DNA of 55,897 nucleotides from Pseudomonadota bacterium (GTDB lineage Bacteria; Bdellovibrionota_F; JAHFAK01; JBDREC01): NCBI GenBank assembly GCA_043820105.1, contig JBDREC010000081.1, positions 1 to 55,897 of the forward strand, read 5' to 3'. Shown piece by piece: positions 36,004 to 46,554 of this stretch (position 1 is its first letter; each line of letters starts with the position of its first letter). The notes under the pieces were generated by a model. It saw only the letters and a program-made list of their open reading frames with translations, ran no database searches and was not told where the DNA came from. The position numbers and the translations under genes were made by a program.

Positions 36004-37749
36004 TTGCCAAAAAGAATATTTCTATTAATAATCTTAGCTTTTTGTTTTTCAATTAGTGTTTATCCAGCTGAAATTGTTAGCCTTAAGTCACAAAATGCTA
36101 ATTTGAATGAGGCCTTATTAAATGTTACCTTTGAGTTTGAAATTAAAGAAGATTTCCATGTTAATTCAAATAATCCAATTCAAGAGTTTCTAATTAAAAC
36201 TGAGCTTAGTCTGCAAAATTGTGAAAAAATAAAGCCAAGCGAAATAGTTTATCCTAAGGGACACCTTATGAAACTTGATTTTTCTGATGAGAACTTATCC
36301 TTATACGAAAAATCTTTTATAATTAAATTAAAGGCAGAGTTTCAAGGAATTATTGAGAAATGCGTTTTTAGTCTAAATTACCAGGCTTGTGACGCTAGTA
36401 ATTGCTATCCTCCCGCTAATTTAGAAATTGATCTTGATGCCAAAATTTTAGGATCCTTGCAAGCTGTTAACTTTAAGAAAGATAAGACAAGCCAAGACGG
36501 TAGTTCTGCAAAAGCAGTATCAAGCCTTAATAATGAAGCTTCATCTGATATCAGTAAGTTTGAGGATATTTATAATAAAAATATTGTATTATTGTTTTTA
36601 CTTATTTTTTTAGCAGGACTTGGCCTAAATCTTACTCCCTGTGTTTATCCTCTTATACCAATTACTGTTAGCTTTTTAGGCTCTCAGGCAAATAAGAATA
36701 AAAGATTGAAAATTTTAATATCTTTTTCTTATTTTACTGGAATTGTAATTACTTACTCGCTTTTAGGCCTACTGGCTTCAGCTACTGGCGCTGTATTTGG
36801 CTCATTACTGCAAAACACTTATGTTTTAGTAATACTTGCCTTGCTTGTGGCCTTTTTTTCATTAAGCATGTTTGGTCTTTATGAAATAAGACTACCAACT
36901 GGTTTTCTTAGTAGGTTTGACAATTCTGGTTTGCTTGGTGCACTAATAATGGGAGCTACAGCTTCTTTTATTGCAGCCCCATGTGTTGGGCCAGTAATAG
37001 CTACTTTGCTAATATTTATTGCAAAACTTAATAATCTAATGCTTGGGTTTTCTTTGTTTTTTGTTTTAGCCATTGGGCTTGCATTGCCATATTTAGTTTT
37101 AGGTTTATTATCTTCACACTTGAATGAATTGCCTAAATCAGGTGTTTGGATGGTATCTATTAAGAAATTTTTTGGCTTTTGTTTGCTCGGAGTTGCTTTT
37201 TATATAGTAAAACCAGCTATTGGTGATGTGCTATTTAATTTAATATTATTTGTTTTAATTGCAATAACTTTAGGATATTTTATTTTAATTGATAAGGCTA
37301 TTTACATGATACTAAATTCAAAAATTAGTAAACTTTTATTGGTTATAATTTTATGTGTTTCTGCTTATTTTCTTTTTGTGAATCAAAGTATTGAATTTGA
37401 TGATACCTGGTCAGTAAGTGAGGAAGGAATTATTGAAGAATCAATAAGCAATAATAAAAAAATTATGATCGATTTTTATGCAAGCTGGTGTATGGCTTGT
37501 AAGGAGCTAAATAAAGTTACTTTCTCAAACGAAGATGTTAAAAAAGAATTCGCGGATTTTGTGAAAATTAAAGTTGATATGACCAAGGGAGGCAGTGCTT
37601 ATGATCAGGAGCTTCAATATAAGTATAATGTTAAGGGTTACCCAACTTTAGTTTTTATCGACTCTAAGGGTAAAGAACGAAAAGACCTTAAGGTCGTTGG
37701 TTTTAAGACACCTGAAGAGTTTATTGAAATTATTCAACAGATTCAGTAA
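36004..37749 (+). CDS. dsbD: Thiol:disulfide interchange protein DsbD
   Basis: YQAC...CYPP, LTPCVYP, APCVGP and DFYASWCMAC motifs; TTG start after GAGGTG. Confidence 0.93.
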   Translation: MPKRIFLLIILAFCFSISVYPAEIVSLKSQNANLNEALLNVTFEFEIKEDFHVNSNNPIQEFLIKTELSLQNCEKIKPSEIVYPKGHLMKLDFSDENLSLYEKSFIIKLKAEFQGIIEKCVFSLNYQACDASNCYPPANLEIDLDAKILGSLQAVNFKKDKTSQDGSSAKAVSSLNNEASSDISKFEDIYNKNIVLLFLLIFLAGLGLNLTPCVYPLIPITVSFLGSQANKNKRLKILISFSYFTGIVITYSLLGLLASATGAVFGSLLQNTYVLVILALLVAFFSLSMFGLYEIRLPTGFLSRFDNSGLLGALIMGATASFIAAPCVGPVIATLLIFIAKLNNLMLGFSLFFVLAIGLALPYLVLGLLSSHLNELPKSGVWMVSIKKFFGFCLLGVAFYIVKPAIGDVLFNLILFVLIAITLGYFILIDKAIYMILNSKISKLLLVIILCVSAYFLFVNQSIEFDDTWSVSEEGIIEESISNNKKIMIDFYASWCMACKELNKVTFSNEDVKKEFADFVKIKVDMTKGGSAYDQELQYKYNVKGYPTLVFIDSKGKERKDLKVVGFKTPEEFIEIIQQIQ

Positions 37750-37767
37750 AACAAGGTTTATTAGAAA

Positions 37768-38622
37768 ATGGTAAAAAAGTCATTACCAGCAATAGTCGAT
37801 AGTCTTCATCGATATCTAGCTGAAGTAAAGCAATACCCTTATCTTTCAAGGGAAGCAGAAAGTAAGCTAGCAAAACAATATTATGATGGTGGTGATCTGG
37901 ATGCAGCTCAGAAACTTGTTCTTTCTAATTTGCGTTTGGTTGTGAAAATAGCACATGAATATTCTAAAACAGGGCATCGCTTGATGGATTTGATACAAGA
38001 GGGAAATATTGGTTTAATGAAAGCTGTTAAAGATTTCAATCCTTATAAAGGAGTTAGGTTATCTACCTATGCTCAATGGTGGATAAAAGCTTACATTCAT
38101 AATTATTTAATGAAAAATTTTTCGCTTGTTAAAATAGGTACAACCCAAAATCAGAGAAAACTTTTTTATAAATTATCGCAAGAAAAGAAAAGATTAGAAG
38201 CTTTAGGGCTTGAATCAAGTATTAAGCTACTTGCAAATAATCTTGATGTAAAAGAAGCAGAAATACAGGAAATGGAAATAAGGTTGGCTTCAAAAGACAT
38301 TTCTTTAGATACTCCAGTTTCGGATGATGAATCAATTTCCTTATTAGATTTACAGTCTGATAAAAAAACAGACATTGAAAAAGAAGTTTCCAAAGATGAA
38401 GTTAATGAAAAGTTTAATGAAAAACTTGCTGAATTTTCCAAAACTCTAAATAATAAAGCTTTATATATCTATAAAAATAGAATGCTAGCAGAAGAACCAA
38501 TGACCTTACAAGAAATCGCAGATAAATACAGCATTACAAGAGAAAGAGTAAGACAAATCGAAGCAAATATCCTAAAAAAGCTAAAAAAATTCATTGGAAA
38601 TGAAGTCGAGGAATATAGGTAG
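37768..38622 (+). CDS. rpoH: RNA polymerase sigma-32 factor
   Basis: DLIQEGNIGLMKAV, RpoH box VKIGTTQNQRKLFY and TRERVRQIE. Confidence 0.92.
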   Translation: MVKKSLPAIVDSLHRYLAEVKQYPYLSREAESKLAKQYYDGGDLDAAQKLVLSNLRLVVKIAHEYSKTGHRLMDLIQEGNIGLMKAVKDFNPYKGVRLSTYAQWWIKAYIHNYLMKNFSLVKIGTTQNQRKLFYKLSQEKKRLEALGLESSIKLLANNLDVKEAEIQEMEIRLASKDISLDTPVSDDESISLLDLQSDKKTDIEKEVSKDEVNEKFNEKLAEFSKTLNNKALYIYKNRMLAEEPMTLQEIADKYSITRERVRQIEANILKKLKKFIGNEVEEYR

Positions 38623-38627
38623 CACTA

Positions 38628-38652
38628 AATTAATTGTTAATTATTAATTATT
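38628..38652. repeat. (TTAATTR)n tract after the rpoH stop codon
   Basis: aattaattgttaattattaattatt. Confidence 0.7.
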
Positions 38653-38669
38653 TTACACACGGACTTAAA

Positions 38670-39728
38670 ATGAAAAACCGCAAACCAACAAAAGAAATCA
38701 CTCTCGGAAATATTAAAATTGGTGGAAATAATCCAATTGCCATTCAATCAATGACAAATACAAAAACCTCAGACTTAAAAAGCACCTTAAACCAAATCAA
38801 GAAACTTATAAAAGCTGGAGTTGAAATAATACGAGTATCTGTGCCTGATAAGGACTCACTTGCTTCATTAAAGGCCATTAAGGCAAACATAGATATCCCT
38901 TTAATTGCTGATATTCATTTTAAGCATGAGCTAGCCATTGAAGCTTTAAAAAATGGCGCTGATTGTGTTCGAATTAATCCCGGCAATATTGGGGGAATTG
39001 ATAAGTTCAAGGAAGTCATAAGGGTAGCTAAAGAATATAATAAGGCTATCAGAATTGGTGTAAATTCAGGTTCTTTGGAAAAAGAATTATTGGAAAAATA
39101 TAAAAAACCATGTGCTCAGGCTATTTCAGAATCAGCCCAGGGCTATGTCAAATTTTGTGAAGAATTAGAGTTTTATAATTTTAAGGTTTCTTTGAAGTCT
39201 TCTGATCCTATTGAAACTATTGAGGCTTGTGAAAGATTTTCGCTGGCTTGTGAATATCCACAACACATTGGGATTACTGAAGCTGGTCCCTTATTTTCAG
39301 GTTCTATTAGGTCATCAATTGGCTTAGGTATTTTATTGAATATGGGTATAGGTGATACCTTAAGAGTTTCATTGTCAGCTGATCCTGTATATGAAGTAAA
39401 AGCAGCATATGAAATCCTAAAAGCTTTAAAGCTTAGAGATTATGGTGCAACAATCATTTCTTGTCCAACATGTGCAAGATGTAACATTGACATTGAAAAA
39501 ATATCTAAAGAAGTTGAGGAAAAACTGTTTTATCATAAAAAGCCAATTAAAGTAGCAATAATGGGTTGCATTGTAAATGGACCAGGTGAAGCCAAAGAAG
39601 CTGACATAGGTATTGCCGGAGGAATTGGGGAGGGGCTTTTATTTAAAAATGGTAAAGTTGTTAAGAAAGTTTGTGAAGACAAGCTTGTGGAAACTTTAAT
39701 AAAGGAAATAAATAAAAATGAAGATTAG
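38670..39728 (+). CDS. ispG: HMBPP synthase (MEP pathway)
   Basis: IQSMTNT, ADIHF, RINPGNIG, SCPTCARC and MGCIVNGPGEA motifs. Confidence 0.97.
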   Translation: MKNRKPTKEITLGNIKIGGNNPIAIQSMTNTKTSDLKSTLNQIKKLIKAGVEIIRVSVPDKDSLASLKAIKANIDIPLIADIHFKHELAIEALKNGADCVRINPGNIGGIDKFKEVIRVAKEYNKAIRIGVNSGSLEKELLEKYKKPCAQAISESAQGYVKFCEELEFYNFKVSLKSSDPIETIEACERFSLACEYPQHIGITEAGPLFSGSIRSSIGLGILLNMGIGDTLRVSLSADPVYEVKAAYEILKALKLRDYGATIISCPTCARCNIDIEKISKEVEEKLFYHKKPIKVAIMGCIVNGPGEAKEADIGIAGGIGEGLLFKNGKVVKKVCEDKLVETLIKEINKNED

Positions 39729-39757
39729 TTGCTGGTTGCTGGTTGCTGGTTGCTGGT
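39728..39757. repeat. (GTTGCTG)4 tract after the ispG stop codon
   Basis: gttgctggttgctggttgctggttgctggt. Confidence 0.9.
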
Positions 39758-39774
39758 AAGAAGAAAAGGAAGTT

Positions 39775-41001
39775 ATGGAGAATATGGTTAAACCTGAAAT
39801 TAATTCGCCGGCTGGTGATTATTTAAGAATGGAAATTGCCTTTCATTATGGGGCTGATGCTGTTTATTTAGGGGGTAAGCTTTTTAATTTAAGAGCAGGA
39901 GCAAAAAATTTTGAGATTGTTGAAATTAAAAAAGCTATAGAATTTGCACATTCCATTAATAAAAAAGTCTATGTCCTGGCAAATATTTTTGCTCGTGATG
40001 ATGATTTTGAGCAGATTGAAAGTTTTATTTCACATGTGGCGGAATATAATCCAGATGCTTTTATTGTTTCTGATTTAGGAGTGCTTTCACTGATAAAAAG
40101 AATTTGTAAGGTGCCTGTGTTTATTAGTACGCAGGCTAATACTACAAATTCAGAAACAGCCAAGTTTTATAAAGATATTGGAGTTAAAAGAATTATTCTG
40201 GCAAGAGAATTGAGCTTTAAGCAAATAGAAAAAATTAAAAAATCCTGTGATATTGAAGTTGAAGTTTTTGTGCATGGGGCAATTTGTCTTTCCTATTCTG
40301 GAAGATGTTATTTAAGTGATTACATAGACAATAGATCAGCCAATAGAGGTGAATGTTCCCATGTATGCAGAAGAAAGGTGTTTTTCAACCTTGATGATCC
40401 TTCTAAGGGTCAATTTGAAATTGAAAGTGACGCAAGAAACACTTATGTTTTAAATTCAGCTGATATTAAATTAATTGAAGAGATACCTATGCTGATGGAC
40501 ATAGGAGTTGATTCCTTTAAAATAGAAGGAAGAATAAAATCAGAATCTTATGTGGCTGTCACTGCTGCTGCTTATAGAAATGCAATTGAAGCACATAATA
40601 AAAAAGAGCAGTTTAATGCAAACTTTTGGAATGAAGAATTAAAAAGAGTAAATATTAAAGGTTATAATAAGGGATTTTTCTATGGAGAGCCTGATTCTGG
40701 AGGGATATCTGATTTAATACCTCCAAAAGATACTAAGACAGATTATTTAGCTTTAGTAAAAGATATTAAAGATGACTATGCCCATATTTTATCAAAAAAT
40801 CAGTTCAAATGTAATGAGGAAATATTTTGCTTTAATGGTAATGAAGAATATAAAAAAACAAAAGTTCTGGAAATAAAGAGTTTAAAAAACGTTGAGATGG
40901 ATGTTGCAAATCCTGGCTTAGAGCTTTTAATTAAGACAGATAAGCCGGTAAAAAAATTTAATATTTTAAGAAGTAGGGGAGGTTTGGATAAAAAAACTTG
41001 A
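39775..41001 (+). CDS. Peptidase U32 family protein (TrhP-like tRNA hydroxylase)
   Basis: GADAVYLG, STQAN, LAREL, FVHGAICLSYSGRC, NRGECSHVCR and KIEGR motifs. Confidence 0.92.
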   Translation: MENMVKPEINSPAGDYLRMEIAFHYGADAVYLGGKLFNLRAGAKNFEIVEIKKAIEFAHSINKKVYVLANIFARDDDFEQIESFISHVAEYNPDAFIVSDLGVLSLIKRICKVPVFISTQANTTNSETAKFYKDIGVKRIILARELSFKQIEKIKKSCDIEVEVFVHGAICLSYSGRCYLSDYIDNRSANRGECSHVCRRKVFFNLDDPSKGQFEIESDARNTYVLNSADIKLIEEIPMLMDIGVDSFKIEGRIKSESYVAVTAAAYRNAIEAHNKKEQFNANFWNEELKRVNIKGYNKGFFYGEPDSGGISDLIPPKDTKTDYLALVKDIKDDYAHILSKNQFKCNEEIFCFNGNEEYKKTKVLEIKSLKNVEMDVANPGLELLIKTDKPVKKFNILRSRGGLDKKT

Positions 41002-41046
41002 CATTCTGCGGTGATGAAAATCTACTTGGGGGGTTAGGGGAAATGG

Positions 41047-41101
41047 ATGAAAATGAAAATGAAAATAATCAATAATCAATAATCAATAATTAATAATTAA
41101 T
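41047..41101. repeat. (ATGAAA)n plus (AATAATC)n tract upstream of the HD-GYP gene
   Basis: gatgaaaatgaaaatgaaaataatcaataatcaataatcaataattaataattaat. Confidence 0.8.
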
Positions 41102-41145
41102 GAATTTAGAATATAAGAATTATAAATTGAAATGGAGGAAATGCT

Positions 41146-43254
41146 TTGAAGGAAAGAGAAAGGATAAAAAAGTTAGCTCGTTTAAATAAAGCCTCAGCTA
41201 AGCTTAATTTGATGAAAGATAAAGAAAAATTTTTGGATGAAGTGCTAACTCAAGCTCATAATATCTTTAAATACAATAGCTGTGCAATTTTAAGAATAAA
41301 TGCTTTAAAAAATAATTTATATATAGAAAAACAAATAGGCTATAATCCTAAAGTAGAAAAAATACTTATTAAAATTGGTGAAGGTATAACAGGGCAGGTA
41401 GCTCAAAATGGAAAGCCTATTATTGTATCTGATGTTACAAATGATAAAAGATATATTAAAGGTATTAATGGGGGCTTATCTGAAATGGCTGTTCCTATGA
41501 AGTATAAAAATAGGCTTATTGGTGTTATGGATGTTGAATCAACTGAGAAAGGTTTTTTTAACAAAGAAGATTTGGAATTATTTAATATTTATTCTCATCA
41601 AGTTGCTTCTGCCTATTTAAATGTTGATCTTTATGATGAACTCCAACGGAAGAATGAATCATTAGAAAAAAAGCTAAAAGAAGTTGAGGTAATGAATAGA
41701 ATTGCAAAGCGAATTAATTCTAATCTGGACTTAGATGTTTTACTTAAGCAAATATTAAGACTTTGTCATGAAGCTTTAAAGTTTTCAAAAGCAGGTATTT
41801 TACTATTTAATGAAAAAAAAGACGAGCTAGAGCTTGTTTCTAGTTATGGGTATAAGCTTAAAGAGGTTTCAGATTTAAAGATAGCTAAGGGAAAGGGTAT
41901 TACTGGTTGGGTTGCCAAAAGCGGTGATCCTTTGTTAATAAAAAATGTTAATGAGAGTAAACGTTTTATTGGTGATAAAGAGAATATCTATTCTTCAATG
42001 GCAGTTCCCTTAATAGTTAAGAATAAACTTATCGGAGTTTTAAATGCAGATTCTGTTCAACCTAAGGTGTTTACTGATTCCGATTTAGAATTTTTTACCT
42101 ACTTTGCATCACATGTTGCTATTGCTATTCAAAACGCTGAATTGTTTCTAGAAGTTAAAGATAAAAATAAAATTTTACACAGCAATATTTCAGAAATAGA
42201 GAAAATGAACCTGGAGTTAAAGGACTATTCAAATAAGGTAAAGACAGCCAATAAAGATCTGCAGAAAAGAATGAAAGATCTAGTTTCATTAACTGATGCT
42301 TCAAAGGCTATTAGTTCAAGCCTTAACTTAGATAGTACTTTGTCAAGTATCATGAAAATGTCTACAAGGATAATTAACGCCTCTGCTTCAATGATTAAGG
42401 TTATTGATAAAGAAACAAATGAAACAAAAATTAAGGTTCATTATAGTCCAATTATCAAAAAACTATCTAATAGTATGAAAAGCTCAAAAGTTCCGAAGAT
42501 TAGACGTGAGCTTTTAAAGTCTATTTTATCCTTTCCCTTGATTGTTGGAGATAAAACAATTGGATCTTTTGAAATTGGTAGTATTGAAATTGATGCTTTT
42601 GATGAAAGCGAGAAAAATATTCTGCAAACTCTCGCAGGCCAAGGTGCTGTGGCAATAGAGAATGCAAGGCTATTTGAAGATATACAAAGAACATATTACG
42701 AAACCATTAAATCTCTAGTTCATGCATTAGAAGCAAGAGATGCTTATACAAAGGGGCATTCTGAACGTGTTACAACTCTATCATTAAAAATAGCACGAAT
42801 CCTCAAATTATCTAAAGAGGACCTGCGAGTTTTAAATTATGCTGGCATTTTACATGATATTGGAAAAATTGGTATAGCTGATAGTGTTTTAAATAAAAAA
42901 GAAGCTTTAACTGCTGCTGATTGGGAGATTATTGAAAAGCATCCATTTTTTGGCGATACAATTCTTGGCCCAATTAAATTCTTAGAAGAAGCTCAGGATA
43001 TTATTCTTCATCACCATGAAAGGCTTGATGGAAAGGGCTATCCCCATGGTCTAATTGGAAAGGAGATCCCCATTGCTTCAAGAATTATTGCAGTTGCCGA
43101 TTCTTACGATGCAATGACATCAAAAAGAGTTTACAGAACGTCTATGAAGAAAAAAGAAGCAATTGATGAAATCAAGAAAAACAGCGGATCACAATTTGAC
43201 CCAAATGTAGTAAAAGCTTTTCTTAAGGTTATTCAACCAGGTTCTATGAAATAA
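41146..43254 (+). CDS. Multi-GAF HD-GYP cyclic-dinucleotide phosphodiesterase
   Basis: Three GAF-like repeats; YTKGHSERV, LHDIGKIG, HHERLDGKGYP, VADSYDAMTS and QFDP motifs. Confidence 0.94.
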   Translation: MKERERIKKLARLNKASAKLNLMKDKEKFLDEVLTQAHNIFKYNSCAILRINALKNNLYIEKQIGYNPKVEKILIKIGEGITGQVAQNGKPIIVSDVTNDKRYIKGINGGLSEMAVPMKYKNRLIGVMDVESTEKGFFNKEDLELFNIYSHQVASAYLNVDLYDELQRKNESLEKKLKEVEVMNRIAKRINSNLDLDVLLKQILRLCHEALKFSKAGILLFNEKKDELELVSSYGYKLKEVSDLKIAKGKGITGWVAKSGDPLLIKNVNESKRFIGDKENIYSSMAVPLIVKNKLIGVLNADSVQPKVFTDSDLEFFTYFASHVAIAIQNAELFLEVKDKNKILHSNISEIEKMNLELKDYSNKVKTANKDLQKRMKDLVSLTDASKAISSSLNLDSTLSSIMKMSTRIINASASMIKVIDKETNETKIKVHYSPIIKKLSNSMKSSKVPKIRRELLKSILSFPLIVGDKTIGSFEIGSIEIDAFDESEKNILQTLAGQGAVAIENARLFEDIQRTYYETIKSLVHALEARDAYTKGHSERVTTLSLKIARILKLSKEDLRVLNYAGILHDIGKIGIADSVLNKKEALTAADWEIIEKHPFFGDTILGPIKFLEEAQDIILHHHERLDGKGYPHGLIGKEIPIASRIIAVADSYDAMTSKRVYRTSMKKKEAIDEIKKNSGSQFDPNVVKAFLKVIQPGSMK

Positions 43255-43267
43255 ATATATTTTAGCA

Positions 43268-43388
43268 CTAGTGTCCCAACGTTATTCAAATAATTTCAAC
43301 TGGTTAGAATTGTGGGCAAGTGAAATATTGTGCTCATCGCCCGCAAGCAGCTGTAAAATTGGGGTTTTCATGAAAAAGGGAACACTGG
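43268..43388. mobile_element. Small MITE/REP-like element with imperfect CTAGTGTCCC...GGAACACTGG termini and an internal hairpin
   Basis: Imperfect terminal inverted repeats; internal ttgtgggc...gcccgcaa stem; locally higher GC. Confidence 0.5.
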
Positions 43389-43467
43389 AAAACTGTATTT
43401 TATGTAGAAGCATTAATTAATTTTCAAACTTTTTCCCATTGTTTCAATAAGTAGTCAAAATTTAAAA

Positions 43468-43498
43468 GATTATGATTATGATGAAGATTATGATTAGG
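43468..43498. repeat. (GATTAT)n hexamer tract directly after the four-helix-bundle remnant
   Basis: gattatgattatgatgaagattatgattagg. Confidence 0.8.
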
Positions 43499-43506
43499 AA
43501 GGAAAA

Positions 43507-43659
43507 TTAATGAAGCTTGTAAAGCATTTTCATGATTTGAAAAAGCTCATCATTGTAATATTGGTATTTTTCTTTTGATATCAATTTGAAACAATAGAGC
43601 ACGTCAAAACAGGAAGCTGATTCAGCACAAGAACCAATTGAAATTTCAAAGAATCGAAA
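43507..43659 (-). pseudogene. C-terminal half of a four-helix-bundle (IVP/Avd-like) gene; not in the ORF track
   Basis: Manual translation FRFFEISIGSCAESASCFDVLYCFKLISKEKYQYYNDELFQIMKMLYKLH* fits the RFF.IA.GS..E....D...I..ML.KL pattern; N-terminal half is missing. Confidence 0.75.
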
Positions 43660-43716
43660 ATATAACAAATCGAAATAATAGCTGAAAGCAAAAGGCCGAT
43701 TACTGTTAGTTAAGTT

Positions 43717-44322
43717 CTAAGAATTAGCTTCTTTGTATTTTTTGCTGATCAAGAAAAGATCATAGATAATTGTTACAATTTTTCTGTCATAACCCATTGT
43801 CACAAGAGTGTTGATAATCGCTGATCTATAGCCAATTGAAATAATTGATTTAAGCGTTGATTCTTCATCTGAATTAAAATGTTCAAGGATTCTGAAAAGA
43901 AGCGCTGTTGGATCATCCATTTCTTTCAAAGCTTCAATTTCATTTTTGTCAATATTCAGCAGGGAGGATTCTTCTAAAACTATTAATATATCTTTCTTAA
44001 AATCTTCAACACCATCTCCGTGAATTTTGAGATCAAGGTTTGGTTGTCCTGTGTTTCTATAAAGTTGTTTTAAAGCAAAAATTGGAAGAAAAATCTGAGT
44101 TTCAGCGTAATCAAAAATTGCATAAATTTCTTCAAAATCCATACCAACATCTACTTTGAGTTTTCGAATAACCTGAGAACAAACGGTTGTAGCGCTGTTT
44201 AAATAGTCATTACCACTTAAATTATCATCCAGTGATCCACAAACTCTTGTTTGTTCATCAGCAAATAAAACCGATGATATAAAAATTAAAATCAGAATTG
44301 TTAATTTAATAAGTCTTGACAT
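43717..44322 (-). CDS. Secreted hypothetical protein
   Basis: Signal peptide, GAGGT RBS, 201 aa. Confidence 0.75.
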   Translation of the reverse strand: MSRLIKLTILILIFISSVLFADEQTRVCGSLDDNLSGNDYLNSATTVCSQVIRKLKVDVGMDFEEIYAIFDYAETQIFLPIFALKQLYRNTGQPNLDLKIHGDGVEDFKKDILIVLEESSLLNIDKNEIEALKEMDDPTALLFRILEHFNSDEESTLKSIISIGYRSAIINTLVTMGYDRKIVTIIYDLFLISKKYKEANS

Positions 44323-44489
44323 AAAATTACCTCTTAAAGTTAGTTTTTAGTTTCAGCTCTGTTTTTGAGTTCTATCCCTTACCGTTACAAAGAGGCTCAA
44401 TTTCCTATTGAGTTTTAATATCCTCCCTAAAAACGCAAGTTATTCTATATAATTTATAAAGAATAATCTTCATATATATTGCTATTTTT

Positions 44490-45665
44490 TTATCGAATAT
44501 TGCTAAATTTCTGTTTGATTATTGATTTCGCTTCATTTCGTGCCCATTTGTCAAGCCTTATTACTTCTTCAATACTCTGTGTATCAAATGGGGACTGAAT
44601 ATTCATAGCTGCTTCAATAATATCTGGAATATCAAGAAATTTAATTTCCTCTTTTAAAAAGGCATCTCTTGCTACTTCATTGGCTGCATTCATAATTGCT
44701 TGTACGGAAGTCTTAGAATTTATCGCTTCTTTTGCAAGGCCTAGACACTTAAAAGTTTTAACATCAGGTTTTAAAAAATGCATGCTTGAAATCGTTGCCA
44801 GGTCAATTGTAGAAAAAGCCTTATCTATTCTTTTTGGATAATTAAGTGCAAAAGCTATGGGAAGCTTCATATCACAAGCAGCCAGTTGTGCTATCATGGC
44901 CCCATCACAAAACTCAACTAAAGAGTGAACTAAACTTTCTGGGTGAATTAATATATCTATTTGATCTGCTTTTATATTAAATAACCATTTGGCTTCAATA
45001 AGCTCTAGACCTTTATTCATCATTGTTGCTGAATCAATTGTTATTCTACTTCCCATATTCCAATTAGGGTGACTTAGAGCTTCTGAGACTGTAACATTTT
45101 CTAGTTCCTCAGCTTTTTTGGATCTAAAAGGACCTCCTGAAGCTGTAAGAATTATTCTTTTTAATTCACTTTTTGAATGTCCTTGAAGGCATTGAAAAAT
45201 CGCACTATGTTCAGAATCAACAGGTAAAAAGTTGATTTTAGTTTCCTTTAGCATGTCCATGATAATATGGCCAGCAGTAACTAAAACCTCTTTATTTGCA
45301 AAGGCAATATCTTTTTGTGCCTTTATTGCTTCAACAACAGGTCTTAGGCCATAAGCACCAACCATTGCTGAAACAACCATTTCGCAACTATCAATTGTCG
45401 CTATTTTGCAATTTCCATCATTTCCATATATTATTTCTGTTTCATTATGGTTAATTTTATTTTTAAGCTCATCTTTCAAATGAGCATTATAAATAGAAGC
45501 AAAAGGGGGTTTGAATTCATTAATCTGAGAAGCAAGTTCATCAATATTATTATAGGCACTTAATCCAACAACTTTAAATTTATCTGGATAAGTTCTTATA
45601 ATTTCCAGGCAGTTTTTTCCAATAGATCCAGTAGATCCAAGTATTGATATGTTTTTTTGAAGCAT
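44490..45665 (-). CDS. dxr: 1-deoxy-D-xylulose 5-phosphate reductoisomerase; start may be TTG at 45674
   Basis: ILGSTGSIG, ANKE, PVDSEHSAIFQ, HPNWNMG and NKGLE motifs. Confidence 0.97.
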   Translation of the reverse strand: MLQKNISILGSTGSIGKNCLEIIRTYPDKFKVVGLSAYNNIDELASQINEFKPPFASIYNAHLKDELKNKINHNETEIIYGNDGNCKIATIDSCEMVVSAMVGAYGLRPVVEAIKAQKDIAFANKEVLVTAGHIIMDMLKETKINFLPVDSEHSAIFQCLQGHSKSELKRIILTASGGPFRSKKAEELENVTVSEALSHPNWNMGSRITIDSATMMNKGLELIEAKWLFNIKADQIDILIHPESLVHSLVEFCDGAMIAQLAACDMKLPIAFALNYPKRIDKAFSTIDLATISSMHFLKPDVKTFKCLGLAKEAINSKTSVQAIMNAANEVARDAFLKEEIKFLDIPDIIEAAMNIQSPFDTQSIEEVIRLDKWARNEAKSIIKQKFSNIR

Positions 45666-45677
45666 TGAAGACAAACT

Positions 45678-46505
45678 TTAGCCCAGGATAAATATATTAA
45701 TATAGACGTACATACAAGGCGCTGCAAAAACAAGTGAATCAATTCTGTCTAAGAAGCCGCCATGACCTGGAAGGATATTGCCAGAGTCTTTTACGCCATA
45801 AACTCTTTTAATAAATGATTCACTTAGGTCTCCAAATTGACCAAAAACTGAACAAATAGTGGCTAAAATTATTGCATGTTTTAAAGAAAGTGCTGAAAAG
45901 AAGACAACTTTAAAAGCTATTGCTGAAGCTATTGCAGCAATGAAACCACCGATTGCTCCTTCCCAGGTTTTATTTGGACTGACCATTGGATGAAGTTTTA
46001 TTTTTCCAACTAAATAACAACCTACAAAATGAGCACCAGTATCAGTGAGCCATACAATAATGAGTAATAAAAAAATAAATTGTAAGCCATTTTCTAAATA
46101 ACGAATATGAGATATAGAACCAAAAAGTAATGCAACATAGACAAAACCAAATACTAGAGAGTAGAATTTGGTAATATTATCTTTTTCAACTTTCATTACA
46201 ACAATGAAATATATGAATAAACAAATTAAGAATAATGATAAAGAAATAATTTCTGCATCATGAGGTAAAAGCAAAATATATATTAAATAGATAAAAGTAC
46301 TAAAAACTGTTGTTAATTTTCCAAGAGTTTTATCAGCTTCTTCTGTTAGTACCATATTATAATATTCCCATAAAGCTAGGGCAACGACAAGTGTTATTAG
46401 TAAGCCAAATAGGATAGGTGGTGTTAATAAAGCATATAAAACAACTACAGGTATGCCAATAACTCCTGTTAATACACGTTTGGTTAGTGCATTGAGATTT
46501 TCCAT
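45678..46505 (-). CDS. cdsA: Phosphatidate cytidylyltransferase
   Basis: VSPNKTWEG and GDLSES.IKR..GVKDSG.ILPGHGG.LDRIDS motifs. Confidence 0.96.
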   Translation of the reverse strand: MENLNALTKRVLTGVIGIPVVVLYALLTPPILFGLLITLVVALALWEYYNMVLTEEADKTLGKLTTVFSTFIYLIYILLLPHDAEIISLSLFLICLFIYFIVVMKVEKDNITKFYSLVFGFVYVALLFGSISHIRYLENGLQFIFLLLIIVWLTDTGAHFVGCYLVGKIKLHPMVSPNKTWEGAIGGFIAAIASAIAFKVVFFSALSLKHAIILATICSVFGQFGDLSESFIKRVYGVKDSGNILPGHGGFLDRIDSLVFAAPCMYVYINIFILG

Positions 46506-46554
46506 AAATCCTCCTATGGACGTTTATCGTTTATTATTTTTATTTTTCAAACTT

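Noticed and set aside
44340-44420. Possible riboswitch upstream of the 43717-44322 gene
   Set aside because: Small hairpins are present (ctcaat-ttcct-attgag) but I could not match any riboswitch consensus.
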